Counted from the stretch's first letter, positions 28,535 through 39,580 are shown. The stretch is DNA of 64,000 nucleotides from Leptonemataceae bacterium (GCA_965227295.1 OZ245742.1:4256001-4320000), one strand, 5' to 3'. Translations and numbers: made by a program. The notes: a model not told the origin generated them from the sequence alone.

Positions 28535-30009
28535 AGCACGAGCAACTTTTCCTCGACGGCGCCTGGGTTTCCGGCCGCGGCGCCGCCCTTGCTTCGGTCG
28601 ACAAATACACCGGAAAAACCCTGGCGAACGTCGCCGCGGCGAACGAGCAGGATGTCGACGCCGCCGTCACCGCGGCACGCCGGGCCTTCCCGGCCCGGGC
28701 GGCAACATCCTTCGAAGAACGCCGCGCCGTCGCGGAGCGCTACGCCGAATTCGTTAACAAGCACTCCGAAGAACTTACGCACCTGCTGGCTCGCGAAACC
28801 GGCAAACCGATCTGGGAGTGTCGGACGGAGGCCGCGGCCGTCGCCGGGAAAATCGCGTTGTCCGTCCGCGCCCACCTGGATCGCTGCGGGGACAGTGAAA
28901 CAGAGGCGGCCGGCGGCCGGGCCGTACTGCGCTTTCGACCTCACGGGGTCGTCGCCGTCTTCGGCCCGTTCAACATGCCGGCGCATTTGCCCAACGGGCA
29001 CATCGTGCCGGCGATCCTGGCCGGCAATACGATCGTTTTCAAACCGTCCGAATTCACCCCGCTGAGCGGCGCCTGGCTCGTCCACGCCTGGGAGCAGGCC
29101 GGGCTAACTTCCGGTGTGTTGAATCTTGTACAGGGCGCCCGGGAGACAGGAATCGCCCTGGCCGGCCACGCACAGATCGACGGGCTCTACTTCACCGGCA
29201 GTTCGTCCACGGGCGCGGCCCTGCACCGGGCGGCCGGCGGGCAGACGGCGAAGATCCTCGCCCTGGAAATGGGCGGCAATAATCCGCTGATCGTGTGGCC
29301 GCCGCTCGAAGCACGTCCGGCGGCCTATCTCACGGTGCTTTCGGCTTTTATCAGTGCGGGGCAACGTTGCACCTGCGCACGACGACTCATCGTGCCTGCC
29401 GCGCCGGAAGGCGATGCGTTCCTCGAAGAACTCGTGCGCATGACCCGCGGCCTTTCCGTGGGACGCTACGACGCGGAACCGCAGCCGTTTTTGGGCCCGG
29501 TCATTTCGCAGGCGGCCGCGGAACACTCCCTGGCCGCCCGGACCGAACTCTTAGCTGTCGGCGGACGCACATTAGTCGAGCTCCGGCAACCGGAAAAGAA
29601 CGTACCGAACCTGCTCGCGCCGGGCATCATGGACGTTACCGACGTTCCGGCGGACTCGCGCAAGGACGAGGAGATCTTCGCCCCGTTTCTCCAGGTAGTT
29701 CGCGTGTCTGATTTTGAGGCGGCCCTTGCCGAAGCCAATCGCACGCGCTACGGCCTCGCGGCCGGCCTCTTCACGGAAGATCCCTCGCTCTACGAGCGAT
29801 TCTTACGCGAGATTCGTGCCGGTGTCGTCAACTGGAACCGCCAGACCACCGGGGCCAGCGGCGCCCTGCCCTTCGGCGGAGTCGGCGCCTCGGGCAATCA
29901 TCGCCCGGCGGGCTACTTCGCGGCGGACTACTGCTCGTACCCGGTGGCGTCACTGGAGAACGAGGCAGTCGGCGCGCCGGATACGGTGCTACCCGGCATC
30001 GCGTATTAA
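28531..30009 (+). CDS. astD: N-succinylglutamate 5-semialdehyde dehydrogenase
   Basis: GPFNMPAHLPNGH, LEMGGNNP, SAGQRCTCARR, SGNHRP..YFAADYC.YP. Confidence 0.93.
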   Translation: MKHEQLFLDGAWVSGRGAALASVDKYTGKTLANVAAANEQDVDAAVTAARRAFPARAATSFEERRAVAERYAEFVNKHSEELTHLLARETGKPIWECRTEAAAVAGKIALSVRAHLDRCGDSETEAAGGRAVLRFRPHGVVAVFGPFNMPAHLPNGHIVPAILAGNTIVFKPSEFTPLSGAWLVHAWEQAGLTSGVLNLVQGARETGIALAGHAQIDGLYFTGSSSTGAALHRAAGGQTAKILALEMGGNNPLIVWPPLEARPAAYLTVLSAFISAGQRCTCARRLIVPAAPEGDAFLEELVRMTRGLSVGRYDAEPQPFLGPVISQAAAEHSLAARTELLAVGGRTLVELRQPEKNVPNLLAPGIMDVTDVPADSRKDEEIFAPFLQVVRVSDFEAALAEANRTRYGLAAGLFTEDPSLYERFLREIRAGVVNWNRQTTGASGALPFGGVGASGNHRPAGYFAADYCSYPVASLENEAVGAPDTVLPGIAY

Positions 30010-30193
30010 GTGCGTTTTAGTGTATGTTTACGTGGCGCGCACCCTGCCGTCTCCCCCCGCCCAACACATCCGGATGACGCAGGTACCATTCTCCGATGAT
30101 TATGTCCCGCGCCGCGAAAGATTTTTTTCTTCCGAACGCCCTGCAATGATTTGCCAATATCGCCGAAGGCCGATGCACTGATCGTCGAGCGAC

Positions 30194-33100
30194 ATGAGCA
30201 GCGCCAGGTTCTACACCCACGAATGCCGGGACTGCGGTCTCACCTTCCGGCTCATCATCTTCGTCCACAAACGCGGACACCTGCGCACGCGCTGCCCCGA
30301 CTGCAAAACCAAAGTCCTCTTCGACAACACCGACGGCGGCCTGGAAACACTCAAGCGTACCAGGCTGCTTTCGCGTCCCATTCGCCAGTACTATCTCAAG
30401 CCGGGCATCGATTACATTCCGGAGCCGGAGCCTTCCCCGCCGGAGCCGGAGCCCGTCGCGCTCGATGCTCCCGCGATAATGACGGAAGCGCTGCCTCCGA
30501 AGCCAACGGAAATCTCCGCGCCGGCGGAAGTTTCCACGCCGATGGAACCGGCGAACGCGCGGCCAAAACCGAGACAACGCCTGCTTCAACGGTTCTATCT
30601 GCGCCGGATGCGTGCCCTGCGTCGACAACGAGAAATCCTGGCCGTGTTCTTCGCGGGCGTAAGCGCGCGATGGGGTGTCCGCAAAGAACGCGCGCAACGT
30701 TTCTTTCGGCGAGTGCGCGAAAGCACGACATCGTTCTTCCATACATTGCGCTACAACATCACGGAAGGCTGGTCCGCGCGCATGGCGATGTTCACCCGGC
30801 GACGCGAACGTTTCCCGTACACTCCGCGTGAAAGCCGGGAGTCGATCGGGGAACGCCTGCGCGCTCTTGCGGAACGCACCTTCGGACCGCTGCAACGCCG
30901 CGGGAGTTCCTTCGTACGCAGTTGCAGAGACGCACTGACGATCGTTGCGGATCGCGTGCGTTTTTTCTTCGGCGGCATCGGTCGGCGCATTGTGCAGTTC
31001 GGCGAACGTCTCCGGCGTCGCAGCCGCCGCGCCTCGCAACCGACGTCGGCGCTCGTGGCCGTACCGGCTCTCACCGCGGCGAGTGCCGCCACGTTTTCAA
31101 AACCGGGCGGACGACTCGCATCGATCTTGCAGCGCATCGGCGCCGCGCTGCGTCCGATCTTTCTACCGGACATTCCCACGCACTATCTCATCACCGCGTA
31201 TCTATGCGCGCCGCTCCTGCTGCTCATGCTGTACGGAACGGCCTCATACTTCTTTCCCCCGCTGGCGTTGCCGGAAAGCACGACGGCGTTGGAAGGACGA
31301 CTGGCCCCGGTGCAACCCAATCGCATCCTCGATCGGAGCGGTGAACTACTGGCGGAACTTTTTTTTCGTAAGACCTCCGACGTGCGGCCCGGCGAACTGC
31401 CGGACACGCTGCGCCGTAAGATCGTCTTCATCGAGGACGAGTCGTTTTACGATCACGGCGGCTTTCGTCCGCTGGCGATCGGCCGGGCCTTCGGCCGCAA
31501 CATCGTCGCAGGGCGTTACGTCGAAGGCGGCTCGACGATCACCCAGCAGGTGGCGCGCATCGCTCTGCGCAACCACGAACGTTCGCTGCTGCGCAAATTC
31601 CAGGAGGCCGTGCTCGCCGCACACCTGGAACGCCGTCTTTCCAAAGCTGAGATCCTTAACTCTTACGTGAATCATGTTTACCTGGGGCACGGCGCCTACG
31701 GTTTCGAGGTGGCGGCGGAGTTCTACTTTCACCGCCCCCTGAACGATCTGAACTTCACCGAAGAGCTCATGCTGGTCACCCTGCTCCCCGGTCCCGAGGA
31801 GTATTCGCCGCTACGCAACCCGGCCCTCCTGGAACAACGCATGGACCTCCTCTACAATCGCATGGTGCGTGAGGACTTCCTGCATCCGCCGGCTCAACTC
31901 TACCGCGAACAGAAAAACACGTTGTTTGCCGGCTTCGATCAACCGCCGTCGTTGAACGTATTCGCCGATCGCGTAAACCGCGCGCCCTACGTCGCGGAGT
32001 ACGTCCGCCTGAACCTGGTGAAACTCCTGGGGCGGGCGGTGCAGTACGACTCCGGCCTGGTGATCCATACGACCATCGACGGAGCGATGCAGGACGCCGC
32101 CGTGCGCGAGACCGTGCGTTTCATCAACGAAATCGCCCCGCGTTATCCGCCGTATCGTATCGACGAAAACGGCAAACCGGTACGCAAGAGAAGTTACGGC
32201 GGGCTCGTGGAGAGTTTCGAAGAGGCCCGCCTGGGGCTTGAGGTTCTCGGCGTGAACCTGCCGCGCTCGCGCAAGGCCCGCCTCCAGGCCGCCGCGGTAG
32301 GCATCGATCCCGAGACGGGCGGCGTTTTATTTTTGCAGGGCGGCTCCGGCTTCGGCACGGACAATCAGTTGAATCGCGCGGTGACCATGCGCCGGCAAAC
32401 CGGCAGCGCCATCAAACCGATCATCTTTTCCGCCGGCGTGGAAAGCGGGCGCATCTCCCCGGCCAGCATCATCGAGGACGAGGCCTTTCCGGAGGACGGC
32501 CCGGGCCTGCCCGAGGATCCGGAGTGGAAACCGCGCAACTACAAGGACCGCTACCACGGCAAGGTTACCGCGAGATACGCTTTAGCAAAATCGCTGAACG
32601 TGCCGTCGGTGAAGATCGGCTCACGCGTGGGCATGAGCCGCATCGCCGATCATTTTCGAAAGTTTTTCTTTCCGAACGAGCAGGTGTTCGCTAACCGCTT
32701 TCGAAGGGATCTTACGGTGGCCATCGGTTCGCTGGAGATGTCGCCGCTGGAAATGGCGGCGGCCTACGCCGCCTTCGGCAACAACGGCGTGATTCACCGA
32801 CCGCATTTGATCGAACGCATCGAAAGCGCCGACGGCGAGTTGCTTTTTTCCGGCACCGGTCGCGACGAGTTTTCCCTGCGCGTACCCGAGGAACGTACCG
32901 CCATCTCCGGCGACGTCGCCCACGTTATGGCAAGCCTGCTCCGGGATTCGGCGAAGATGGGCGGCACCTACTACTCCAACGGCTCTCAGTTTCTCGGCAA
33001 GACCGGGACCTCGAACGCGAACCGCGACGCCTGGTTCGTCGGCGTCGTGCCCGGTCTTTCGGCGGCGGTGTGGGTCGGTTACGACAACCCCGCCAACAGC

Positions 33101-33328
33101 ATGGGTCGCGCCACGGGCGCATCCACGGCGGGGCCGCTGTGGGGCCGCATCGTTTCCCGCGGCTATCGCGTGGGCGGCAAACGTTTTCATTTTGATCCGC
33201 ACGGCGTGTATCGTACGGTATGCGTGAAGACCGGTCATCTCGCGCGCGCGCAGTGCCCGCACAAACGCGACGAGATCTTTCCGCGAAATGTGAAACCGCC
33301 GCGCTGCGAACGACACGGCGGCGAGTAA
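30194..33328 (+). CDS. Class A penicillin-binding protein with long N-terminal extension
   Basis: Transglycosylase EDESFYDHGG/GGSTITQQ; transpeptidase SAIK, SLN, KTG. Confidence 0.92.
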   Translation: MSSARFYTHECRDCGLTFRLIIFVHKRGHLRTRCPDCKTKVLFDNTDGGLETLKRTRLLSRPIRQYYLKPGIDYIPEPEPSPPEPEPVALDAPAIMTEALPPKPTEISAPAEVSTPMEPANARPKPRQRLLQRFYLRRMRALRRQREILAVFFAGVSARWGVRKERAQRFFRRVRESTTSFFHTLRYNITEGWSARMAMFTRRRERFPYTPRESRESIGERLRALAERTFGPLQRRGSSFVRSCRDALTIVADRVRFFFGGIGRRIVQFGERLRRRSRRASQPTSALVAVPALTAASAATFSKPGGRLASILQRIGAALRPIFLPDIPTHYLITAYLCAPLLLLMLYGTASYFFPPLALPESTTALEGRLAPVQPNRILDRSGELLAELFFRKTSDVRPGELPDTLRRKIVFIEDESFYDHGGFRPLAIGRAFGRNIVAGRYVEGGSTITQQVARIALRNHERSLLRKFQEAVLAAHLERRLSKAEILNSYVNHVYLGHGAYGFEVAAEFYFHRPLNDLNFTEELMLVTLLPGPEEYSPLRNPALLEQRMDLLYNRMVREDFLHPPAQLYREQKNTLFAGFDQPPSLNVFADRVNRAPYVAEYVRLNLVKLLGRAVQYDSGLVIHTTIDGAMQDAAVRETVRFINEIAPRYPPYRIDENGKPVRKRSYGGLVESFEEARLGLEVLGVNLPRSRKARLQAAAVGIDPETGGVLFLQGGSGFGTDNQLNRAVTMRRQTGSAIKPIIFSAGVESGRISPASIIEDEAFPEDGPGLPEDPEWKPRNYKDRYHGKVTARYALAKSLNVPSVKIGSRVGMSRIADHFRKFFFPNEQVFANRFRRDLTVAIGSLEMSPLEMAAAYAAFGNNGVIHRPHLIERIESADGELLFSGTGRDEFSLRVPEERTAISGDVAHVMASLLRDSAKMGGTYYSNGSQFLGKTGTSNANRDAWFVGVVPGLSAAVWVGYDNPANSMGRATGASTAGPLWGRIVSRGYRVGGKRFHFDPHGVYRTVCVKTGHLARAQCPHKRDEIFPRNVKPPRCERHGGE

Positions 33329-33331
33329 CTG

Positions 33332-34456
33332 CTATTCTTCGATCATCCCGCCCACCGGTAGCACATGCACCCCGCTCGCGCCGCGCTCCTGCGCAAGTTG
33401 CGGCGTCAGTTCCAGCGGTTCCAGGATCGGTTCATCGGCTAAATCAAACGTGCCCCAGTGAATGCCGATCATGTGTTTGCCCTGCAAATCGAGAAATGCC
33501 TGCACGGCCTCGGGGGGATCGACGTGCACCTCACGCATGAACCAGCGCGGCGTGTAGGCGCCGATGGGAATCAGCGCCACGTCCGGCGCGCCCAGGCGCT
33601 CGCGAATTTTGGTAAAGTGATCGGAGTAACCGGTGTCTCCGGCGAAGTAAAACCTTAATGCATCATTGCCGGAAGTTAGTCTTTGTTCGATCATCCAGCT
33701 CGCCCAGAGCGTGCTGTTGCGATCCACACCGCTGCGTCCGGAAAAGTGCCGCGCCGGCGTACAGTGCACGCGCAGATCACGAAAGTCCGCGTACTGATTC
33801 CAGTCCATGGCCGTAATGCGCGAAGCCGGCACGCCGAAGGACCGCAGGCGTTGGTCGACGCCCAGGGGGACGAAGTACCGCGGACGATGGTGTTGCTCCA
33901 GGCCGTCGACGCTTTCCACGTCCAGATGATCGTAGTGATCATGCGAGATCACCACCGCGTCGACGTACGGAAGATCCTCGAGATCGACGGCCAGGGGAAC
34001 CAGGCGCTGCGGCCCCGCGAACGAAACCGGACTCGCGCGATTGCCGAAGATGGGGTCCGTAAGAACCGTGGTGGGACGCTCGCCGGCCCGACCGGAACGC
34101 AACACGATGTAAGCCGTGGCCTGGCCGAGCCAGTGCACGCGAAAACGCCGCGGCGCGGCCGCGTTACGTAAGTCGTTCGCGTCTATGGATTGATGCGGAA
34201 TGCCTTTGTAATCTTTACCGGACTCGAAGCCTTTGCCGGCCAACCAGCCCACGGCCCGCCAGGTGGAGTAATCGTTCTTCGGCCAGATGTTGCGATAACC
34301 CCCGGTGAGGTCGTGGTGTTTGGTATGATAGTACGGTTGCGTGATGATTTCCAGCGGTGGGACTTCCGTGGTGCTACCGCGATCGGCGGACAGCACGGCC
34401 GGAGCTACTGCGATCACGGCGCCGAGGAACAGGCGCAGGGCGAACGGTCGATTCAT
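33332..34456 (-). CDS. MBL-fold metallo-hydrolase (NAPE-PLD/RomA-like)
   Basis: SHDHYDHLD, HFSGR, AGDTGY, IHWGTF. Confidence 0.92.
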   Translation of the reverse strand: MNRPFALRLFLGAVIAVAPAVLSADRGSTTEVPPLEIITQPYYHTKHHDLTGGYRNIWPKNDYSTWRAVGWLAGKGFESGKDYKGIPHQSIDANDLRNAAAPRRFRVHWLGQATAYIVLRSGRAGERPTTVLTDPIFGNRASPVSFAGPQRLVPLAVDLEDLPYVDAVVISHDHYDHLDVESVDGLEQHHRPRYFVPLGVDQRLRSFGVPASRITAMDWNQYADFRDLRVHCTPARHFSGRSGVDRNSTLWASWMIEQRLTSGNDALRFYFAGDTGYSDHFTKIRERLGAPDVALIPIGAYTPRWFMREVHVDPPEAVQAFLDLQGKHMIGIHWGTFDLADEPILEPLELTPQLAQERGASGVHVLPVGGMIEE

Positions 34457-34600
34457 AACATTTAAGTTACGAAGCGTGCGGGCATCCGTCACTCCCGATA
34501 CGAAAAATCGTTCTCGCGCATTGTGCCCCTGCGGCGCGGCCGGAACGTATTTTATGCATTCGTTGCTCGACTTCGGAGGCGCCCGATCTTTCTTTTACTC

Positions 34601-36985
34601 ATGCGCACAGCCCTGAGTCGTCCTCGACGCATCGCACTCATCTGTCTGATAGCCGTTGTCCTGGTGCCCCTCCTTGCCGTGGCCCGTTGCTCTCTGCTTA
34701 CGACGCGGCTGCCCGCGGAACGCAGCCGGGCCGAACGCCACGCCGACTTTCCCACGGGCCCGCTGCCCGTGCAACAATCTGTACACGTCTACTGGAACGA
34801 CGCTCAGGTACCGTTCATCGACGCGCGGGACGACCACGATCTCTTCTTCGCCCTGGGACTGGTCCATGCCCATCTGCGCCTGGGACAAATGGAAACCCTG
34901 CGCCGCATCGCGAAGGGACGCATCAGTGAAATGGCGGGTCCGCTGACGACGGACATCGATCATGCGCTGCGCATCATCGGGTTTGCCCGGGCCGGGGCGA
35001 GGAGCGTCGACGCCCTGCGTCCGGATACGCGCCGGTTCGTTGAAGAGTACGTGCGCGGCATTAATTTTTACGCAGCGAATCTTAAGAAAGAAGGGCGCCT
35101 GCCCTACGAGTTCGCCGCTCTGAACTTCGAGTGGGAACCCTGGAGCGTTGCCGATGTCATGACCCTCGGCCGTCTCGCCGCTACGGATGTGAACTGGCTG
35201 TTGTGGTTGCGCCTCTTGAGTTTTTCGGATCATCCGAAGTACGACGAACTCCGCGGTCGATACATGCGCATCGGCTCCGGATCCCTTCCGTCGTTTGCGG
35301 CCGGTGCTCTCAAGCGAAGTCCTGCGAATCGCGGCGCACAGCGCGAACTGCTCGCGTCGTTGCTCGCCGGCCACAGTCGCTCCGGTTCGAATTCGTTCGT
35401 CCTCGCCCGGGATCGCTTTCGCGCACCCGACGGCACGCCCGCCGCGGCGGTGGTCAGCGATCCGCACCTGGGCATTCTGATTCCGAACGTGTGGATTATC
35501 GCCGGTTACCGCTCGCCGTCGTTCCACGCCGTGGGACTCATGATCCCGGGCCTGCCGATCCTGGGCCTGGGTCGTAACCGGGACATCGCCTGGGGCGGCA
35601 CGAACATGCGCTCGCGCTCCAGCGACCTCTACGACGTCACTAACATTCCCGAATCAGAACTTACCATACAGACAGAACGCATTCGGGTCCGTTCTTTTTT
35701 CGATGAGGAACGCCGCGTACGCATGTCTCCTCACGGCCCGGTGCTCTCCGACGCCGCTCTCATCGAAGGCGCGGGGGAACGACGCATCGCGCTGCGCTGG
35801 GTGGGCCACGACGCCTCCGACGAGATCTCGGCCTTCCTGGATATGCAACGCGCAAGTGACTTCCAGGAATTCCGCCGCGCCTTTCAAAGCTACGCGGTAT
35901 CCGGGCAGAACTTCCTGTACGCCGACCGCCGGGGCAACATCGGCCAGATCGCGGCCTACCGGCAACCGTTGCGTCGGGCCTCGGAACATGATCCGCTGGT
36001 GCTGGATCCCGACAACCCGGCCCATCGCTGGAGCGGCTTTCGCGATCCCACGCAGTTGCCGTACGCCTACAATCCCGCGGAAGGTTTTCTCGCCTCGGCG
36101 AACAACAAACCCATGCACGTCGATCCGCCCATCTCGCCGTTCTTCGGCAGCAACGATCGCATCCGCCGCCTCAAACAATTGCTCGCCCGGGACCGCGGCG
36201 TGCTGGATCGTGAAGCCCTGAACGCCGTGCAACAGGACGTCTATTCCATCTCAGGTGTGGAGGTCCGCGACGCTTTGCTCGCGGCTTTGAATGCGAAAAA
36301 GACCGCGCACGCGAAAGTAAACAACCAGGCCGGTGAAGTTTACAGGGCCTTTGCTGATTGGGACGGCAACTATGATCGCGATTCCACCGGAGCGCTCGCC
36401 TTTCAGTTGATCATTAAGTATCTCGCAGAAGAAGTTTACGGAGATATCTACGGCGAAGAATTTCCTTCTGCGCTGCTGTCCTCGGAACTCACGCTGCGCT
36501 TTTTAAAGGATGATCTGAGCGGTCCGTATCGTCCGCGGATTCTTGCCGCCCTTCCCGCGGCCTTTCGCCGGGCGCGCGCGCCTTTCGAAGAATTCGGGGC
36601 CTGGGGTGAGATGCATCGCTTGCGACTGGCGCATCCCCTGGGGAACATTCCCTGGCTCGGCGCACGCTATCGTTTGTACGAGGCGCCGGCGGACGGTTCG
36701 GCGACGACCCTCTGGAAGACGGCGCATAACATTACGGACGAAAAGCACTACACCAGCTACGGCGCAAACGCCCGGCACATCTCTCTCATGCACGACGACG
36801 ACGCGAACTACTTTGTATTACTCGGCGGCCAGGACGGTCGCTTCTCCACGCCGAATCTGATCGACCAGACCGAACTCTGGATGCGCGGCGAGTTCATACG
36901 AGTGCCGCTGCGCCTGGAAACGGTACGGCGCGAGTTCACGTACGTTTCGAAACTCAGCCCGAACGCATCAGGCGGCGAACCATAA
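34601..36985 (+). CDS. Penicillin acylase family (Ntn hydrolase)
   Basis: GSNSF processing site, SDPHL, SANNK. Confidence 0.9.
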   Translation: MRTALSRPRRIALICLIAVVLVPLLAVARCSLLTTRLPAERSRAERHADFPTGPLPVQQSVHVYWNDAQVPFIDARDDHDLFFALGLVHAHLRLGQMETLRRIAKGRISEMAGPLTTDIDHALRIIGFARAGARSVDALRPDTRRFVEEYVRGINFYAANLKKEGRLPYEFAALNFEWEPWSVADVMTLGRLAATDVNWLLWLRLLSFSDHPKYDELRGRYMRIGSGSLPSFAAGALKRSPANRGAQRELLASLLAGHSRSGSNSFVLARDRFRAPDGTPAAAVVSDPHLGILIPNVWIIAGYRSPSFHAVGLMIPGLPILGLGRNRDIAWGGTNMRSRSSDLYDVTNIPESELTIQTERIRVRSFFDEERRVRMSPHGPVLSDAALIEGAGERRIALRWVGHDASDEISAFLDMQRASDFQEFRRAFQSYAVSGQNFLYADRRGNIGQIAAYRQPLRRASEHDPLVLDPDNPAHRWSGFRDPTQLPYAYNPAEGFLASANNKPMHVDPPISPFFGSNDRIRRLKQLLARDRGVLDREALNAVQQDVYSISGVEVRDALLAALNAKKTAHAKVNNQAGEVYRAFADWDGNYDRDSTGALAFQLIIKYLAEEVYGDIYGEEFPSALLSSELTLRFLKDDLSGPYRPRILAALPAAFRRARAPFEEFGAWGEMHRLRLAHPLGNIPWLGARYRLYEAPADGSATTLWKTAHNITDEKHYTSYGANARHISLMHDDDANYFVLLGGQDGRFSTPNLIDQTELWMRGEFIRVPLRLETVRREFTYVSKLSPNASGGEP

Positions 36986-37024
36986 CGGCAGAATCATTCA
37001 AGTCGCGCGGAACCGGCGCGTGAT

Positions 37025-37915
37025 ATGCTCCATGCTCCTATGTTGCATCACAAATCCCCTGCTTACACCGTGGACGAATGGCAGGACCGCGGTAACTTCT
37101 TCGAACACAACGGTCACAACATCTTTTACATCGAAGCCGGCGCGGGGGATCCGCTGCTGTTGATCCACGGCTTTCCGACCTCGTCCTTCGATTGGAACTA
37201 CGTCTGGAACGATCTGAGCCGACGCTATCGAGTGATTGCTCCGGACCTGATCGGCTACGGTTTCTCGGCGAAACCGAAGGGCTACGCCTACTCGATCATG
37301 GACCAGGCCGATCTCTGCGAGGGCCTCTTACGGCACCTCGGCATTGCCACTGCCGGCACGGGCATCCTCGCCCACGACTACGGCGACACCGTGGCCCAGG
37401 AGCTGCTCGCGCGGCACGAAGATTGGAAGTTCATTTGTTTCTTGAACGGCGGTATCATGCCCGAGTCCCACCGCCCGCGTTTGATTCAGAAGTTGCTGCT
37501 GAGTCCCATCGGCTTTCTCGTAACGCGGCTCATCACCGAACGTACGTTTCGAAAAAACTTCGCCGCGGTCTTCGGACCGAACACGCAGCCGTCCGACGCA
37601 GAGCTGAAGGATTTCTGGCGCCTCATCGAACACAACGACGGCGTGCGGGTCTACCATCTTCTGATTCGCTACATCACGGAGCGGCACAAACATCGCGAGC
37701 GCTGGGTGGAACCGTTGCGCTCTTCAAAAGTTCCGCTGCGACTGATCGACGGGCCGGAGGATCCGGTCTCCGGTCGGCACCTGGCGGAACGTTATCGCGA
37801 ATATGCCGGCGAGAAAGCGGATGTGGTTCTGCTCGACGGCATCGGACACTATCCGCAAACGGAAGCGCCGGAAGACGTGCTGAAGGCATTTTTCGAATTT
37901 GTGGAACGACTGTAG
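37025..37915 (+). CDS. Alpha/beta hydrolase (epoxide hydrolase/MEST-like)
   Basis: HGFPTSS, AHDYG, GHYPQ. Confidence 0.9.
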   Translation: MLHAPMLHHKSPAYTVDEWQDRGNFFEHNGHNIFYIEAGAGDPLLLIHGFPTSSFDWNYVWNDLSRRYRVIAPDLIGYGFSAKPKGYAYSIMDQADLCEGLLRHLGIATAGTGILAHDYGDTVAQELLARHEDWKFICFLNGGIMPESHRPRLIQKLLLSPIGFLVTRLITERTFRKNFAAVFGPNTQPSDAELKDFWRLIEHNDGVRVYHLLIRYITERHKHRERWVEPLRSSKVPLRLIDGPEDPVSGRHLAERYREYAGEKADVVLLDGIGHYPQTEAPEDVLKAFFEFVERL

Positions 37916-37966
37916 CCGTGGAGCCGTTTGCGTTGACGTTTCCGGTGTCCCACCGCGTCGTGTGAC

Positions 37967-38872
37967 ATGCCGAAGCGCAACCCGCTGTACCTCATCGACG
38001 CCAGTGTCTACATCTTCCGCGCTTACTTCTCGATCCCGGAAAGCATGCGCGACTCCGCAGGCCGGCCGGTGAACGCCCTCTACGGCTTCACCGATTTTCT
38101 TACAAAGTTTCTCGCGCAAACCAAAGCAACCCACGCGGCCGCCTTCTTCGACGAAAGCCTCACCACCTCGTTTCGTAACGACTTCTTCCCGGAGTACAAG
38201 GCCAACCGGGCCCTGCCGCCGGAAGATCTCAAGCGCCAGCTCCAACTCTGTCGTGAAGTCGCGTCGCTCCTGGGCCTCGCCGAATTCGCGGACAACGTCT
38301 ACGAGGCGGACGATCTCATCGGCACGGCCATGAAAAAATTGCGGCGTAGTGCTAAGTTTCGTTTTGTTATTGTTACTTCGGACAAGGATCTCGCGCAATT
38401 GATCGTCGCCAGAGACGGGGACGAGCTCTGGGACTACGCGAAAGACGTTCGGTACAATGCGAAGGCGGTGCGCGAAAAGTTCGGCGTCCCCCCGGAGGCC
38501 GTGGCGGATTACCTGGCATTGGCCGGGGATGCGGTGGACAACGTGCCGGGCCTGAAAGGCATCGGGGCGAAGACGGCGGCGACGTTGCTTGCGAAGTACG
38601 GCAGCCTCGAACAACTGCTCAAACATCCGGAGCGCATCGTCAAGGACGGCGCCGTACGCGGCGCGGAAAAAATCGCCCGCACCCTGAGCGAAAACGCGGA
38701 CGAGGCCCGGTTGTACCGGCGGGTCACGGAAATCGCCGTGAATGCCCCGGTAAGTGTTACCGAAAAAAAGTTACGCCGGCAGGGCCCTCGACTGAAAGAG
38801 CTGCGCGCTTTCTTCGAACGTGAAGGCTTCGGTTTGCGCCTGTATGAGCGCATCGAAAAAGAACTCGGCTGA
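37967..38872 (+). CDS. Stand-alone 5'-3' exonuclease / flap endonuclease
   Basis: YKANR, EADD, SDKD, GDAVDNVPG..GIGAKTA. Confidence 0.92.
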   Translation: MPKRNPLYLIDASVYIFRAYFSIPESMRDSAGRPVNALYGFTDFLTKFLAQTKATHAAAFFDESLTTSFRNDFFPEYKANRALPPEDLKRQLQLCREVASLLGLAEFADNVYEADDLIGTAMKKLRRSAKFRFVIVTSDKDLAQLIVARDGDELWDYAKDVRYNAKAVREKFGVPPEAVADYLALAGDAVDNVPGLKGIGAKTAATLLAKYGSLEQLLKHPERIVKDGAVRGAEKIARTLSENADEARLYRRVTEIAVNAPVSVTEKKLRRQGPRLKELRAFFEREGFGLRLYERIEKELG

Positions 38873-38959
38873 CTACGCTGTGCCGAAAAACGGCTTGCCG
38901 ACCTTCCGCGCTGTGATGCACTGAGTCAGGTTCGGCGCGGATGCGCACACCTCCGGCCT

Positions 38960-39574
38960 ATGACCGAATTCGAAACCTTCCAGTTGATCGTCGTTGCGGT
39001 GGCCCTGAGTGCCGTCTGCGGCCTCCGTGTCTTCGTGCCGCCGCTCTTCTTAAGCATTACGGCACAGCTCGGCTGGATCGGCGTGGCCGAGGACTTCGCC
39101 TGGATGGCGACACCGGAAGCGTCGTTCGCCTTCGGCGCGGCCGTGTTGCTCGAAGTTTCCAGTTACTATATCCCCGTCCTCGACAATCTCTTCGATACCA
39201 TCGCGAGTCCTCTGGCCGTCATCGCGGGCAGCGTCATTGCCGCGTCGCAGTTGTTCGGCCTCGAACTGCTCGCCGATCAACCCGTGGCGGGTTGGGCCGT
39301 GGCGGTCGTCGCCGGCGGCGGCCTGGCCGGAATCATTCAGGCCGTCACCGTGGCCGTGCGCGCGGTGTCCACGTCCATGACCGCCGGCCTGGGCAACGCC
39401 CTCGTCGCCACTCTGGAACTGCTGGGCTCCATCGTCTTCGCCGTGCTGTCCGTGGTCGTCCCCTTCGTCGCGGTAACCTTGTTAATCGGTTTCATCTTCC
39501 TGGGCATGCACACGTGGCTCCGCCATCGCCATTCCCATAGAAAAGAAAAATCCGAGGACTCCGCTCAGGTATAA
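38960..39574 (+). CDS. DUF4126-like membrane protein
   Basis: CGLRVFVP, YYIPVLDN.FD, TAGLGN. Confidence 0.85.
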   Translation: MTEFETFQLIVVAVALSAVCGLRVFVPPLFLSITAQLGWIGVAEDFAWMATPEASFAFGAAVLLEVSSYYIPVLDNLFDTIASPLAVIAGSVIAASQLFGLELLADQPVAGWAVAVVAGGGLAGIIQAVTVAVRAVSTSMTAGLGNALVATLELLGSIVFAVLSVVVPFVAVTLLIGFIFLGMHTWLRHRHSHRKEKSEDSAQV

Positions 39575-39580
39575 ATCATT

